From contig OX597831.1 of NCBI GenBank assembly GCA_951406725.2, forward strand, positions 14,322,001-14,386,000: 64,000 nucleotides of DNA, read 5' to 3'. The DNA comes from Octopus vulgaris (lineage: Eukaryota). Position numbers and translations under genes: made by a program. Shown one piece after another: positions 13,403-27,050 of the stretch (position 1 is its first letter; each line of letters begins with the position of its first letter). The notes beneath the pieces are model-generated. The model saw only the letters and a program-made list of their open reading frames with translations, was not told the origin of the DNA and did not search any database.

Positions 13403-14344
13403 TAGTATTCAGATTTAGAGAAAGACAAAGACAGGTGAAGGAACAACTAGCAGGTGTATTTTGACACTCAGGAAGAATAGAAAAGTTTCTGATGTTTCAA
13501 ACCAATGCTCTTCAATATATACATACATATATATATATATATATACACACATATATATATACACACATATATATATATATGTATATATACATTTTATATA
13601 TATATGTATGTATTTACATATCATGTATGCACTTTATGGCACACCATTAACCATAGTCTAAACTACTTCACCATAGCAGCCATATTCACTGTGCATTGCC
13701 TGTCCATGCATCACCACCACGCACTCCACCTAAGATGTCAGAAATTGTTATATCATTATATGTACTATATTGTTGTGTTTTGATTTTCTTTTGTAAACCC
13801 GGTGATCGAGAGTTCAAGTTATGCTCCTTGACATCGCTGAACATTTGATCACATTATGCAGTATCTTAAACTGTTTTTTGTTTCCTCTCTTTTTCTTTCT
13901 CTGTTCTTGTTGTTCAACAAAAGATTGTGTTTCTGTGTGGTTTGGCATGTTAGAATGTCTTTGACTTTCAGCCATTGTTCTGAGGAAAAGCATTATTATT
14001 TATTATTATTATTATTATCGTTATTGTTTGTGTTGGTTTGTTTTGTATTTTACCTTCTTACTGTCCACATTTTTGGCTCTTGTGGCCAAGAAATGCAATT
14101 TTCATTTTTTTTAATTCTATAATTATTATTATTATTATTATTATTATTAACCTTCGTCTTACAACACTGAGACAAGTAAACGAAACCATCACCACCATCA
14201 TCACCATCATCGTCATTATTAGTATTAGTATTATTCTCATTAATATTATTATTTGTATTTGTAGTAAGTTGTGCATCGTTACATTCTCAATCAGAAAGCC
14301 TTTTTAGTTAGTTCTTTCATGTATCTAGGTCTAGTCTAGTATTA

Positions 14345-14822
14345 TACTGCTACTACTACTACTGCTGCTGCTGCTACTACTACTACTACTACTACCACCA
14401 CTGCTACTACTACAACTGACATGGCAACTAGTATGAGTACCACTACAGCTGCTGTTGTTACTGTTATAGCTACTATTGATGTATGACAAGTACTACTACT
14501 ACTACTACTACTATTATAGTACTATTACTACTACTACTACTACTACTATAGTACCACTACTACTACTATTATAGTACTACTACTACTATAGTACCACTAC
14601 TACTACTACTAGTACCACTTCTATTACATAGCAATTGCTACTAATACTATTACTACTACTACTACTACTACTACCACCATAGCACTACTATTATTACTAC
14701 TACCACCACCACTACATTGCAACTATTACTACTTCATTACTACAGCTACTACATAACTAGCTGCTATTACCACTACTACTACTATACTACTACCGCTACT
14801 ACTACTACTACTACTATTACTA
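14345..14822. repeat. Long degenerate (ACT)n microsatellite
   Basis: Directly visible. Confidence 0.9.
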
Positions 14823-15131
14823 ATGTTGTTGTTGTCAAGGCAGTGCAGGTAACATTAGTAGTAGAATTCTCAGGTTAAAATCTCATTGCATCTACCTTTC
14901 TGATTCATAATACTGAGTTCAGATCTTGCCGTGGTCTGTTTTTCACTTTTATCTCTCCAGGGGCAGACAAAATAAATACTATTTTTTTTTGTTGTTTTTT
15001 CTAGCTTTGTCAGAAGAGGAAGGTTGGTATCCATGACCCTTTTAAGGGTCACTGAGACTGGTACAGGGAAAAGTGTATATTAGCCTAAGACCAAGAACCT
15101 GACCTCAATGCCTACACCTGAATAGAATCTC

Positions 15132-15420
15132 CTAAAGACACTTAAGGGTCAGCTTGTGATGTCACACCATAAAGGGCCAGGATGTAATGTTAAATGATAA
15201 AGGCAGTTAAGGATCAGGTTATAATGACAAAACCATAAGGGCAATTAAGGGTCTAGGTGTGATGTCAAATCAACAAGAATCCCAAGGGATAGTTTGTGAT
15301 ATCACACTATAAAGGCACTTTATGGGCCAGGTTTTGATGTCACCTTGTAAAGGCACTTAAGGGTTAGCTTGGAATATCACACATTGAAGGTACTTAAGGG
15401 TCAGGTCATCATGTCACACC
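15132..15420. repeat. Degenerate ~37-bp minisatellite, about 8 units
   Basis: Recurring AAAGGCACTTAAGGGTCAGGTTGTGATGTCACACCAT-like unit. Confidence 0.75.
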
Positions 15421-15447
15421 AGGTTGGGTAATTCTGCCACTCAAATA

Positions 15448-15605
15448 CAGGGTTCAGCAGAAAACCCTTTGAACTAAAAAAAATTTTATTTTTGTTATTG
15501 TACTCATTTAAAAACCATCAGACTTCCTTAACAACCTTGTATTATGAAAAAAAAAAAAAAAAAGAAACCGGCTTCAATTAATTCAGTCATAAGCTCAATA
15601 CCCTG
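15448..15605. mobile_element. Tc1/mariner-type MITE
   Basis: TA-CAGGGT ... ACCCTG-TA termini. Confidence 0.5.
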
Positions 15606-15884
15606 TAGATGTACCTACTCTATACCTCTAGTCAATTAAGATCCTCATTAAGACACAGGTTCAAAAATCGTGGACATATTTGTGATGTTTGTTTTTCTTA
15701 CATTGCATTGAATTCCTCAACTGTTTCTATTTTTCCTTTGATTTTGGTTTGGTTCCTGGCCATTGTGGCGTTCACTCACAAACTGAGCATGAATCTGACC
15801 CAACCTGATTTCTAAAGAATTCCAAATTCTTCTTTGCCTTTTGTTCTTTTGAACCCAGACTGATGCCTTGTCTTTGTTGTCCAG

Positions 15885-15943
15885 ATTCTCGCCAAAGGAT
15901 TAATCAACAGATCCAGGACCAGCTTCTCGCAGTCAAACTCTGA
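15885..15943 (+). CDS. Candidate alternative terminal exon, (D)SRQRINQQIQDQLLAVKL*
   Basis: Branch-like CTGAT at about 15860, pyrimidine tract, CAG (15882-15884); phase-1 entry; hydrophobic C-terminus. Confidence 0.5.
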
Positions 15944-16568
15944 ATTGCCAGAAAGCTGCGAGGCACCCCACTCTCACCCACTTCATTTTCTCTCTCTTTT
16001 GCAATATTTTACAATCTTGACTGAGACATCCTTTCCTTTTCTGAACTTTACAACTCTGTAGCATCATCGACCACCACCACCACACGAGCCTCCACCACAC
16101 CATCACTACCACCATATGAGCCTCCACCTCCACCACGACCCCAACCATGTGGTTTGGCTGCATACATCTTAACCGCACAGCCTTGTCTGTACTGACATGA
16201 AGTCTTATCTCAATGCTGAACCCAGAAAAAAGGGGGGAAAAAAGAGAGAGTGTGGTGGGAAAGACAAAATGATTCCACTTCTGGTTTTGTATTATATTCA
16301 TTAATCCCAAAATGATAATGGAAAAAAACAACAACAAAATAAAAAACAAACAATGTTTGTCTCAGTAGGATTTGAACTCAGAAATACAGAGAGCTGAAAT
16401 GAATAACTGCATGGTCTTTTACCCACAGCTCTGATCACTCTGCCAATAATTTACCTTAGATAATACATTAAGCTAAATATCACATGGCACCAATGCACAT
16501 TATATCATTACCCCCCCACACACACACACACACTAAACTAAATACCATGCAATATCCTACATCACATG

Positions 16569-17075
16569 AGGCATAGCTGTATGATTAAGAAGTTTGCTTC
16601 CGTACCACATGGCTTTGGGTTCAATCCTACTGTGTTGTACCTTGGGCAAGTATCTTCTATTACAGCCCGCCCCCCGCCCATCATGTTGTTCAAAGCCTTG
16701 TGAGTGGATTTGGTAGGTGGAAACTGAAAGAAGCCCATCATGTATCCGTAACAAAAGGCAGTAAGTTATTCCCCACCTGATATTTATTTATATGAATGTG
16801 TGTGTATGTTTGTGTCTCCTTGTCTTCACATTGCATGGTAGCTTGTAAATGAGTTTCCCTGTCATACAAGCAGTGTTGTTCATTCCGAATATTTAGCAAA
16901 AACACGTCTGATCGTGGGAAACTGTTACCTTACTCGGAAACAAGTGAGGGTAGGTGACAGCGAGAGCATCAGGATGTAGAGAATTTGCCTCAGTAAACTG
17001 GGTGAAGAAACTTCACATCTGACCCATGCCTGCATGGAAAACTGGACGTTAAAACAACGTTAATGATGATCATGA
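16569..17075 (+). mobile_element. tRNA-headed SINE (OR-like head) with (GAT)n-type tail
   Basis: Head ...GGGTTCAATCC...CCTTGGGCAAGT...CCTTGTGAGTGGATTTGGTAG; tail ...GCATGGAAAACTGGACGTTAAA..ATGATG. Confidence 0.75.
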
Positions 17076-18830
17076 TTAAGATATACCACAGTCCACACCA
17101 CACCACCTCACATACCACACACTACCATCATCATAAAAAACTTATCTCTTTCTTCATCTTCCCAATTTCCTTCATTCCATTCTGCTATCACAAGTCTTCT
17201 ACTCAGCATCTTGAGTCTGGTTATTCCAAGAATTAAACTCCCTCAACCCATCTGCCTTGGTTTTTCATAACTTCCTTTTCTTCCTTCCTTTTTTTATTGT
17301 TATCAGCTTGATCTTTACAGTTCTCAATAACCAAAGTTTTCTCATAAAAATAATATATAAAAAAAAAAAGAAGTAAAAAATTCTCAGCTCCGTCTTTGTG
17401 CTGTTATATTTCTTCTCTCTTGAAGTCTTGTGTTCTTCTGATGTTGTTTTCTTCAAGTGTGTGTTTATTCAATTAACACTATTTTCATCCTACATGCCTG
17501 TTTGTCTGTCTTTCCCTCTCAAATTAAAATAAACAGTTTTCTTAGATTGTTGATAAAAAATAAGTAAAACATAAGGCAATAATTAACAGTAATTATATAT
17601 TTATTTATGACATCTATAACGAGTTTATTATTATTTAGACTTCCATTCCTTGACCTAGTAGTTTAATTTTGTTCTTGACTTATACAAACACACATGTGCA
17701 TTTATATATATATACATACACACACACATATATATATATACATATATGTATGTATGCATCTATACATGTGTGCGCATTTATTTATATATATAATGATGAT
17801 GTGGGTGAAAATAGAGTTCTTGAAATAGAGAGTGAATAGATACATATATGATGTAATTACAAATTCTTAGAATATACATTGTTATTCTGAGTTTCCTACT
17901 TAATTAAGCAACTAATTGTTTCTTCGTTAATTTATTTTATCAGTTTGAGTTAGGGAAACTTCAAATATACACAGAGATATTACATTATTTCTCTGCAGAG
18001 ATATGGGTGTTTGTAAGGGGTGCAACTCATAATAGATTTATGAATTAGGATATTTCTCTGTGAATGAATTGATGAAATGGCTGTTAAAATTTAAAGACTA
18101 GAAATGAAATTGAAATAAAGGATTAAATAATGAGATTGCAAATGATACAGGGAGGAATAATATGTTAGAAGAGGTCTGAGACAATGCCAGGTACACTATT
18201 GATTCTATGTATAAATGAAGATACGCAGGTCTATTTTTGACCAACTCAGATATTCCTTACATGCAGTTATAAGCCCAATGCGTCTTTGTATTACGTTAAG
18301 AATACATGAGCGCATGTGGGATACTCACACACTTATACTTAATCGTCGATGTATGTTCATGGAACATGTGTGTATTCATATGCATACAGATATGTGTGTA
18401 TACATGTGTGCTTTCAAAATGTATATAATCTATTATCAGGCAGTCAGATAGACAATAACCTTTTTAGCTTTTTCTTTTATTTTCTATATTATTTTTTTGG
18501 CTTTCATCATTAATTTAATTATCTATTTTATTATTTATTTGATTTTACTTTTTAACTTTTATCCCTTTTAATTTAAATTATTTTTTTGTCCTCTTTCCAT
18601 ACTAACAAAAAGAAAGAATTTAATTTAATTTTTTTATGAGTTGCACCCTTTACTATATTTACATCCCAATTTTCAATCAACAATTCAGTGGAAACTCAGA
18701 GTAACATGTATAATCTATAAGAGTTTACATATATATATATATATAGATATATATGTATATATAAATGGCGGTGCCCCAGCATGGCCACAGCTCATGAGCT
18801 GAAACTAGATAAAATAAAAAATAAATAAAA

Positions 18831-18897
<67 letters not shown>

Positions 18898-20097
18898 ATA
18901 TGTATATATATATATATATATATGTTTGTATATATATATGAAATAAAATGAAAAGATGGATACGCAACTCTTAACGGTATCTAAATATTTATAAAAAAAG
19001 TTATACAGAAATGATTATATAAGCATGATTAAGCAGAAAACGGATAATCAGGAAAGCAAAAGTTCATTTGCTTAATTATGTTTATACGTCTGTTTAACAC
19101 CTGCTCATCCATCTTTTCTATTATTATACTTTTATTTGCTTGACCGGCACATTACCTGTTGCCAACTGTTGTTTGCCTGGATTCCATCTCTTTTTGTTTA
19201 ATGTTGGATTTTAGGTACCTGGTCCGGTCTGAGCACTAACTGTCTGTATCCATTATACACTTTTGACTTATTCTTATCCATTATATAAACACAAGGTGTG
19301 AGAGGTCTTTGAGGACATATGCGGTACTTCAATAAACCAATTCTAATGTCAAATTCTGGCAAAAATCTAGTGTACTTTTATTAAAATTTGTGCACTTCTC
19401 AGTAAGCTTTCTTATGAGATTATTCTATGAATCTGCCTTCAACTTCAAATCAGAACCAGAATCGTTGACACACCTGATCTAAATGATCTTTATTCGTTTC
19501 ACACATCACCTGGACAGCAACAGCTTTCATTGAAGCTACGGTATTGTAAAGATGTTGATAAGTTTTCCTCTCAACAATGCCCTAAATGTAGTAATCCATC
19601 AAATGCAAACCTAGCAAGTTTGGAAACCACTAGTTTGGTATTACATGCCTTTCATCCATTCTTTGGGAGAAGGTACTGAATCTTGTTAAGACACTTGTGG
19701 TCTTCCACTACATAATGCTTCCCTACAGAACTTAACTTCTCCAACACCTCAACGTATCCAGCAGCATTAATTCTGAGACCCCATGGAAGATGTGAGGTGG
19801 CATGGTATGACTTTTGACTCTGGGGTCATTAAAAGGACATGTACATAACCATCTGTCAGTTCCCTTGTTAGAGTTTTGGTGTTTGTCAAAGATTTTCTGC
19901 CACGTTCATGAGGTTTTTTAACCTTGTTAACTAATTGCTCATCATGCATCAGTTTCCCTGTATCTTTGTAAATATGAACTGACCCCTCCTCAGTCTCAGC
20001 AATTTGTATGAATGCTCTCATGCACCGCAGTTCCGATAGTCGACTCTGACACCTGAAGTTCTTTGACGTTGGCCTTCATTGATTTTCCAGAATCCTC

Positions 20098-20415
20098 ATG
20101 GCACATAAAAAACACCATCCTAATGTGATCAATGCCAGATCCACTTGACTGGCTCCTGTGCCTGTGGCACGTAAAATGCACCATCCAAACGTGGCTGATA
20201 CCAGTACCCACTGAATGGCTCCTGTGCCGGTGGCATGTAAAAAGCACCCACTACACTCTCAGAGTAGTTGGTGTTGAGAAGGGCATCCAGCTGTAGAAAC
20301 TCTGCCAGATCAGATTAGTGTCTGGTGCAGCTGCTGACTCTCCAGACCTCAGTCAAACCGTCCAACCTCTTCCAGCATGAAAAACAGATGTTAAATGACA
20401 ATGATGATGATCGTC
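20098..20415 (+). mobile_element. (GAT)n-tailed SINE nested in the mariner
   Basis: Three internal repeat units plus body and tail. Confidence 0.85.
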
Positions 20416-20571
20416 ATCATCAATAATGATTTGAACCTGATGAAGTGCAGTGTTTTTGTATTGTCTGAACATCAATAATGTTTTTTTATCCCTCTGACAC
20501 TGTTGAAACATTTTTGCCAGAAACTTCCAATTCCATTTGAACTCTGTACAAAAAGATCTTACACTATTATA

Positions 20572-20787
20572 TTTCTTTATTGTCCACAAGGGGGGGCTAA
20601 ACATAGAGGGGATAAACAAGGGGATTAAGTCGATTACATCAACCCCAGCACGTAACTGGTACTAATTTAATGGACCTCGAAAGGCAAAGTCGACCTTGGC
20701 AGAGTTTGAACTCAGAACGTAAAGACAGACGAAATACCACTAAGCATTTCGCCCGACATGCTAACAATTCTGCCAGCAGACTGCCCT
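20572..20787 (-). mobile_element. Nin-like tRNA SINE nested in the mariner
   Basis: Reverse complement of the CTGGCAGAATTGTTAGC...GAGTTCAAA...AGTACCAGTTAC family. Confidence 0.8.
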
Positions 20788-20815
20788 AGATCTTCCAATA
20801 TTTAGGAAATCATAA

Positions 20816-21025
20816 AGCTGGCAGAATTGTTAACACACCAGAAAAACTGCTTTGTGGTATTTTGTCCATCTTTACGTTCTGAGTTCAAATTCTACCGAAG
20901 TCAATTTTGGCTTTTATCCTAATGGGAGTTGATAAAGTAGGTACCAGTTACACACTGGGGTTGATGTCATCAACTCCCTCCATCCTCCAGAATTGTTGGT
21001 CTTATGCCAATATTTGAAATCAATA
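20816..21025 (+). mobile_element. Nin-like tRNA SINE, head-to-head with the previous copy
   Basis: AGCTGGCAGAATTGTTAAC...GAGTTCAAATTC...GTACCAGTTACACACTGGGG. Confidence 0.8.
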
Positions 21026-21468
21026 TTTTGAAAGTTGGCAGTTTCTAAATCAGTGTGTTCTTTGAATATGGCAACAATGTACGCAAGCTTTTTCACTTTT
21101 TGCATTTGTGCTTCATCTGCTATGGGGAATCTGAAAGAAATTAAACCCTTTAATTGGTTTTAAGAATAATATATTGATAATTAATTGTTCTGTTCTCGAA
21201 CACCCCTCACACCTTATGTGTATATACATAAATATATTCCTTAAGGATTGGTAATAAATGTGTATGTGAGTATACAGACATATATATATATATATGTATA
21301 TACATATAATATGCATATACATATATCTATTTTGCAAAGATTCTTCTTACTCATGCTAGAATTCATATTTCCATATTTGGTATTGGATCTCTAATCTGTG
21401 TTCTACTAGTTCTTGCTTTTCTTTCTTGTTTTTTTCTTTTTCATGTATGTTCTTATATTTGTCTACAG

Positions 21469-21542
21469 GCAGGAAGATATCCCTGTGGAAGCTAACCGCA
21501 GTTTCTCCATTCCCTACTTATGGACACGTGGTATTGGACTTG
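21469..21542 (+). CDS. Candidate internal exon of the + strand gene (74 nt)
   Basis: Long pyrimidine tract, CAG acceptor, TTG|GTAAAT donor. Two frames open: (G)RKISLWKLTAVSPFPTYGHVVLDL (phase 1 to 0) or QEDIPVEANRSFSIPYLWTRGIGL (phase 2 to 1). Confidence 0.6.
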
Positions 21543-21660
21543 GTAAATTTTGTCCCTCTGTCTGTTTGCATTCTATGTCCGAAATACATCCTATGATGAC
21601 TTTTCTTTTGTTACATAGAATTATTCAAAAATCAAAATAACAAATTTTTTTCCCCAAACT

Positions 21661-22006
<346 letters not shown>

Positions 22007-23849
22007 TAATCTGAATTTATCTCAAAGCTAAAAATCATTTTTGCCTTCAAATTCAGTCTCTGGCTTTTTGTATTTATTTTATTATTTGCTGTCTCGCATC
22101 AGTGTTGCCATATGAGCATCGGTGGGTAGGATAGATTTACAAATTCAAGCACTTGTGTGTTCGATAACTTATTTTTTCATTTCATACCAGGATTTTATTA
22201 TTTCTACTTCAAACCTTCTAAACAGTAACTAAAATCAGAATGAAACCAGTTGTCAGCCAAGCAAACTGGTGTAAGCAGATTTATATGCCTGGCTTATGTA
22301 TGTAAAGCAAAGCCCGTGTGTGCTTGGCCCACTTGTTTAAAAAACAGCAGCCAGATCTCCTAAATGTCACATACATAAGTGCAAAAATGGAAGGATAATA
22401 GGATTTTAAACACATTGTATGTGAACAAGGATGGATGGTCATGGCTTTTCTTCTCATTTCTTTTCATGTGGATGATATGTTCTATTATCTAAATTCTAAA
22501 CAATTATGTTTCCCTACACCAACAAATGTACAATCTTGTATATCTATTTAATGATTTTCCTAAAGCTATTTCTATCAAATGAGTGTTTTGCTGATGAGGT
22601 CAGAATAAAATTGAAACAAACCTGAGGTTTAATCTTGTACTTGCCTCACAAACAAAAATTATATTAATTATTAGAATAATCATGTTTTTATCTTCACTGT
22701 GTACTTATTTCTACCTGTTTTGTTTTTTTTAAATCTATTATGCGTTAGATATGTTAGCAATAACTTTTCTGCAACGCTGGATTATTCTGTTATGCCACAA
22801 TGGAAAATACGATTTTGATGATGATTTTCATTTGCTTTTTACATATGAATTATTCCTTACCATTTCTTTACCAGCAACAGATTCTACAGATATTAATACT
22901 GGGAGAGTTAGGGGAGGGGATTAAGGCAACAAACTGGCGGAATCGCCAGTGTCTGTGTGTCCCCATAGGGTTTAATAATACAATGATTCCAATATTAGTT
23001 TCATCACTTGGTTTTTAATACCAAATTCTTGCAAACTAGATTTAACATGTCTTTAGCCATCAAAATGTACTATTTTGATGGAGTCATTCATTAGTCACTA
23101 AACCATCGTGTACCATATTGGTTTTGTATGATGATGTTATAATTGTCGGGAATTATACTTTTTATATATTCTGTACTATTGTTACGGGCAAAGAAAACCA
23201 ATTGCTGGGGCTAAAATAAAAAATGGCAAACCGCTAAACAGTGAACAGTAGGAAGAAAACCTAGATTGAAATAGATTCACAGGGAAAGTTCTTTTGGGGG
23301 CCAAGAAGTATACACCACACTGCAGGGAAATATGGTCACCCAAATGTTCCATGTTCAATACCCACTAAAGGCAACAGTACAAAAACAGCAAAAGGCATGA
23401 CCTTAGTGGGCCAGGCTCTCTTAGAGTGTCTCAAAACACTTGGTGGATGGAACAGATCAAAACACTTGGTGGATGGAAGTGCCTCCTCCAAAGATTTCTC
23501 TTGCTGTCTGCTCACCACATTGTGAATTTTCAATTCAGTTTTACACTTCTCTTACAGTTTTCATTATTTTACCTATTTCCAACCATTTTACTAATTTATC
23601 ATTTTTAAAAGATAGATTCCCTCTCTTTCATTTTTATTTTGATTTAAAAAATAATTTTTCTCATAAGAACTGCATCTTAATTTAATTATATTTTCATTAT
23701 TCCAACCAAATGTTTTCTGAAAAGAAAAAAAATAAGTTGGGGTTGCTGTGTACCTATCTTGAATTATTTTTATAATTCTTTGAATATAAAATTAACTCTG
23801 TTCCCATGATGGGTATTTAATGATTTTCTTTCCATGAACTGATTTCACC

Positions 23850-24465
23850 ATTCTGTTTGCCAGTGTGGCCAGTAGTATCACTGTTCTAACTGTGTGTGGA
23901 TAACAGTTTTATTGCTCTTCTAAATGATGTGTGGCCAACACTAATCCTATTCTAGTGTGCAGCTAATTGTATCCTTTTCTTTTCTTTTTTGTAGCCACCA
24001 CTGTTCGTTTTAGAGTTTGTGCCCAACATTATCACCATTTTAATTTGTGACCAGAACTTTCTCTTTTCTAGTTTATAGACACCATTCTTGCATCTCTAGT
24101 TTAAATGCAGCACTATGTTTTCTTTCTAATTTGTAACCAAAGCTATCCTTTTCTAGTTTGTTTCCAGCACTGTCTGTTTTCTAGTTTGTGTTTGGTACCA
24201 ATCCCTTATCTAGTTTCTGTCCATCTCTTTCACTTCTCGAATATCTATCAGTTTTCCAGCATTATCACTTTTCTACATAGTGACCAGCATTATCACTTAC
24301 CTAGTTTACAGAACAATCATTTTTCTACATCTTTGTCACTTGATATGTGGCCACCATTATATCACTGTTCTAATGGGTACCCAGCACTAATTAATTTTCA
24401 GGTTATGGATAACACTTATTTCTGTGGCCTCTGCTACCATTCTTCTAGTGCAGTTGTGGTTCTCA
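23850..24465. repeat. Degenerate ~30-33-bp minisatellite
   Basis: Recurring TTCTAGTGTGTGGCCAACATTATCACTG-like unit. Confidence 0.65.
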
Positions 24466-24507
24466 AACAGCTCCGGCTCAGGACCTCCACTCACTGAATA
24501 CATCATT

Positions 24508-24765
24508 ATCATCATCATCATCGATTAACGTCCGCTTTCCATGCTGGCATGGGTTGGATGGTTTGACTGGGGTCTGGGAAGCCAGGAAGCTGCACCAAGC
24601 CCAGTCTGATCTGGCAGTGTTTCTACAGCTGGATGCCCTTCCTAATGCCAACCACTCCATGAGTGTAGTGGGTGCTTTTTACATGCCACCGGCACAAGGG
24701 CTAGAGGATGCTGGCAACAGCCACGATCGGTTGGTGCTTTTTACGTGCCACCACCACAGGAATCA
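24508..24765 (-). mobile_element. (GAT)n-tailed SINE
   Basis: Reverse complement of the family body and tail. Confidence 0.85.
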
Positions 24766-25204
24766 CAACTACAATTTCCATTTGATTTTCCTTTTGATGT
24801 TGATACCCTCTTCATCAAGTATGTGCTGCTTTTAAATATTTTGGGTGGACTAGCAATCTCTATGTGGAATTTTTATGGAAATTACCAAAGAGAAAGTTCA
24901 CCTTTTATGATAAGATTATATTTCTTTGGCTGGATGCCATAGAAACCAAGCCAAAAAGAAGCGTACAAGTAAGACGCATTCCATTCCATCTCCAAATAAG
25001 ATCTGATTTAGATCATGAGGGCACACCCAACCCATACTAGCATTGAAAGTGGGTATCAAAAGGAAGAAATGATGATGATGATGATGGTCTCTGGCATGTC
25101 ATCAATCATGTTTGTGTTCACTGATAACAATGCCCCGTTGTAGTGGATGTGAGAATTAATGTAGATAAAAGCATTTCTCTGATAGTCATAGATATAAGAA
25201 AATC

Positions 25205-25740
25205 TTCAATAGACATTCAGTGAAAGTTTCCTACAGTTGCTACTCTAATATGAACAACATCATTTCATGTAAGCCATTCCAGATGCCTAGCACAGACTAC
25301 TTCAGGAATGCAAATACATGCCCACTAAACCAGACATGCATGGTTAGCTCAGTCATCTACAAAGCAGAGGTCACCTCCATTCTGCCAAATAAGGGAACCT
25401 AAAGAAGATCTACACTGGACTGTGTGAAAGTGACTTCAAAATATAGATACACCAATCACAAGTCTTCTTTTGAGCTTGTAGACAAAATGAAAAGCACAAA
25501 GTTAGCAAACCATATATAGAACCTGAAGAGCAGCAATATATGACACACACCTTCAAGTGGAGCATTATAAAAAGATCTAAGCCAGTGGTGAATCAAGAAA
25601 GTGCTGGCTCTGTATAGCCAAAAGAACATCTTTATTAGATCAAAGAACTCGAGGCCAGGAACTTTTACAAGATATGTGCATCTTGACAAGTTTCTGTTAT
25701 CAAACCTGAAGATGCATCCCACCCCACTGAAATAGAGATA
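25205..25740 (+). mobile_element. Penelope-like element GIY-YIG endonuclease remnant
   Basis: VKVSYSCYSNMNNII..TCPLNQTCMVSSVIYKAEV..IYTGLCESDF/KYRYTNHKSSF..KSTKLANHI*NLK; stops and frameshifts present. Confidence 0.8.
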
Positions 25741-25916
25741 CAGAACTGCACTCTTCAAAATTTGCACTAAGAATAAGGACAAGGTAAAGTTATGACCTGC
25801 TTTTATAGCAAGTTAATGCTGGTAGTTTATCCAGTTCCCCTCCAACTTTTAGTTCATGCAATTCAAAAACTGTAGTATTTATGAGATGTCCCAATATACA
25901 TTTATACAGATGGATG

Positions 25917-25955
<39 letters not shown>

Positions 25956-26361
25956 AGTGTCAACTTGTCTTAACACATATCAGTGTTACCATAAATTTGT
26001 TTTATTTGTATCCACTGAGTTAAATATCATAACTGGACTTAAGTCTTAACTGTTACTTTATGAGTCTTAAATTAATATCAGTATTGTAGATATTTATGAC
26101 TGTAAGTTTTGTATATCTTATGAGATTTAATGCTGTTGTTAAACCTGCGTCATAGCCCTACAGAATATAAGGAGGCAAGTCTCTATTCATTTTAATCTTA
26201 CCTGTAAAGGCTGTGATATCATTTTGGCAGTTTAAGAACCATAGATAAATTATATATTTGTTTTATGTTTACTTAGTGAGAATGTCATAATTAAAGTTAT
26301 ACTCAGGTCATATTTCAAACTATATTGTAAGTGTGTAGTATGTCTTAGCTGTAGTTTTTAA

Positions 26362-26581
26362 CCCTTTCGTTACTGTATTTATTTTGAGATGCTCTGTGTT
26401 TATTTTAATTATTTTAAATATAACAAAGAATTTAGTAAAATAACTTAGTTATCATTCAGCTAGTGTTAATACCATAAATTGTGACTAAGGTCTGGTGGAA
26501 GATTTTAATCAGAACTTATGAAAACAAGACATTTGTACAACAGAGCCAGAGATGGTTTCAACCAGGTTGGTAACGAAAGGG
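26362..26581. mobile_element. piggyBac-type MITE
   Basis: TTAA TSD (26358-26361, 26582-26585); perfect 12-bp TIR CCCTTTCGTTAC; second copy at 59977-60198. Confidence 0.9.
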
Positions 26582-26716
26582 TTAATATCATAAATGACTT
26601 TGCTTTGCATGTCACATATATCAAACTCTATGACTAGTATCATTGAAAGATTTTAACTATATATTTTGTATATCATAACTGTAGTGTTTAATGTTGTAGC
26701 TGACTTTGTGCTATAC

Positions 26717-26757
<41 letters not shown>

Positions 26758-27050
26758 TCTCAGATTCATCTTCCTCTTCTTCATATAATTTATTCCTTTT
26801 CTTCCTATATTTCTCTTAAATGGAAATGCTTACTAGTAAGCACCTACTTCAGATTGTTATAAAGGTGCATTTTGGTGGCGCTACAAAATATTTCACCATA
26901 TTGCTGTTTTTTTTTTGTTTTTCTTTTTTGTCTTCATGGCATTCTGATAAATTGGTTCTGCCATGTGCTGTGAAGGAAAAAATTTGCACTGGGCATAGAA
27001 GGAAACTAGTAAGTTTTAAAATTGTAATGAAATAACTCAAAATGAGTTAG

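Larger units (their letters stand above)
19390..21211 (-). mobile_element. Decayed DD37D (maT)-type Tc1/mariner transposon interrupted by three SINEs
   Basis: Colinear minus-strand peptides MQKVKKLAYIVAIFKEHTDLETANF, SMKANVKELQVSESTIGTAVHE, LVNKVKKPHE and PNLLGLHLMDYYI*GIVERKTYQHLYNTVASMKA (decayed SPDLNPMDY motif). Confidence 0.7.

Noticed and set aside
15132-15420. CRISPR-like periodicity in minisatellites (also 23850-24465 and SINE internal repeats)
   Set aside because: Eukaryotic context, degenerate units with no unique spacers, no cas genes.
21469-21542. LWTRG similarity to the PMCA calmodulin-binding LWFRGL motif
   Set aside because: Flanking residues (GQI.., ..NRIQTQ) are absent; gene left unnamed.
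22585-22625. CTGATGAG...GAAAC hammerhead-like cores (also about 27820-27850 on the minus strand)
   Set aside because: Stems I and II do not pair convincingly.
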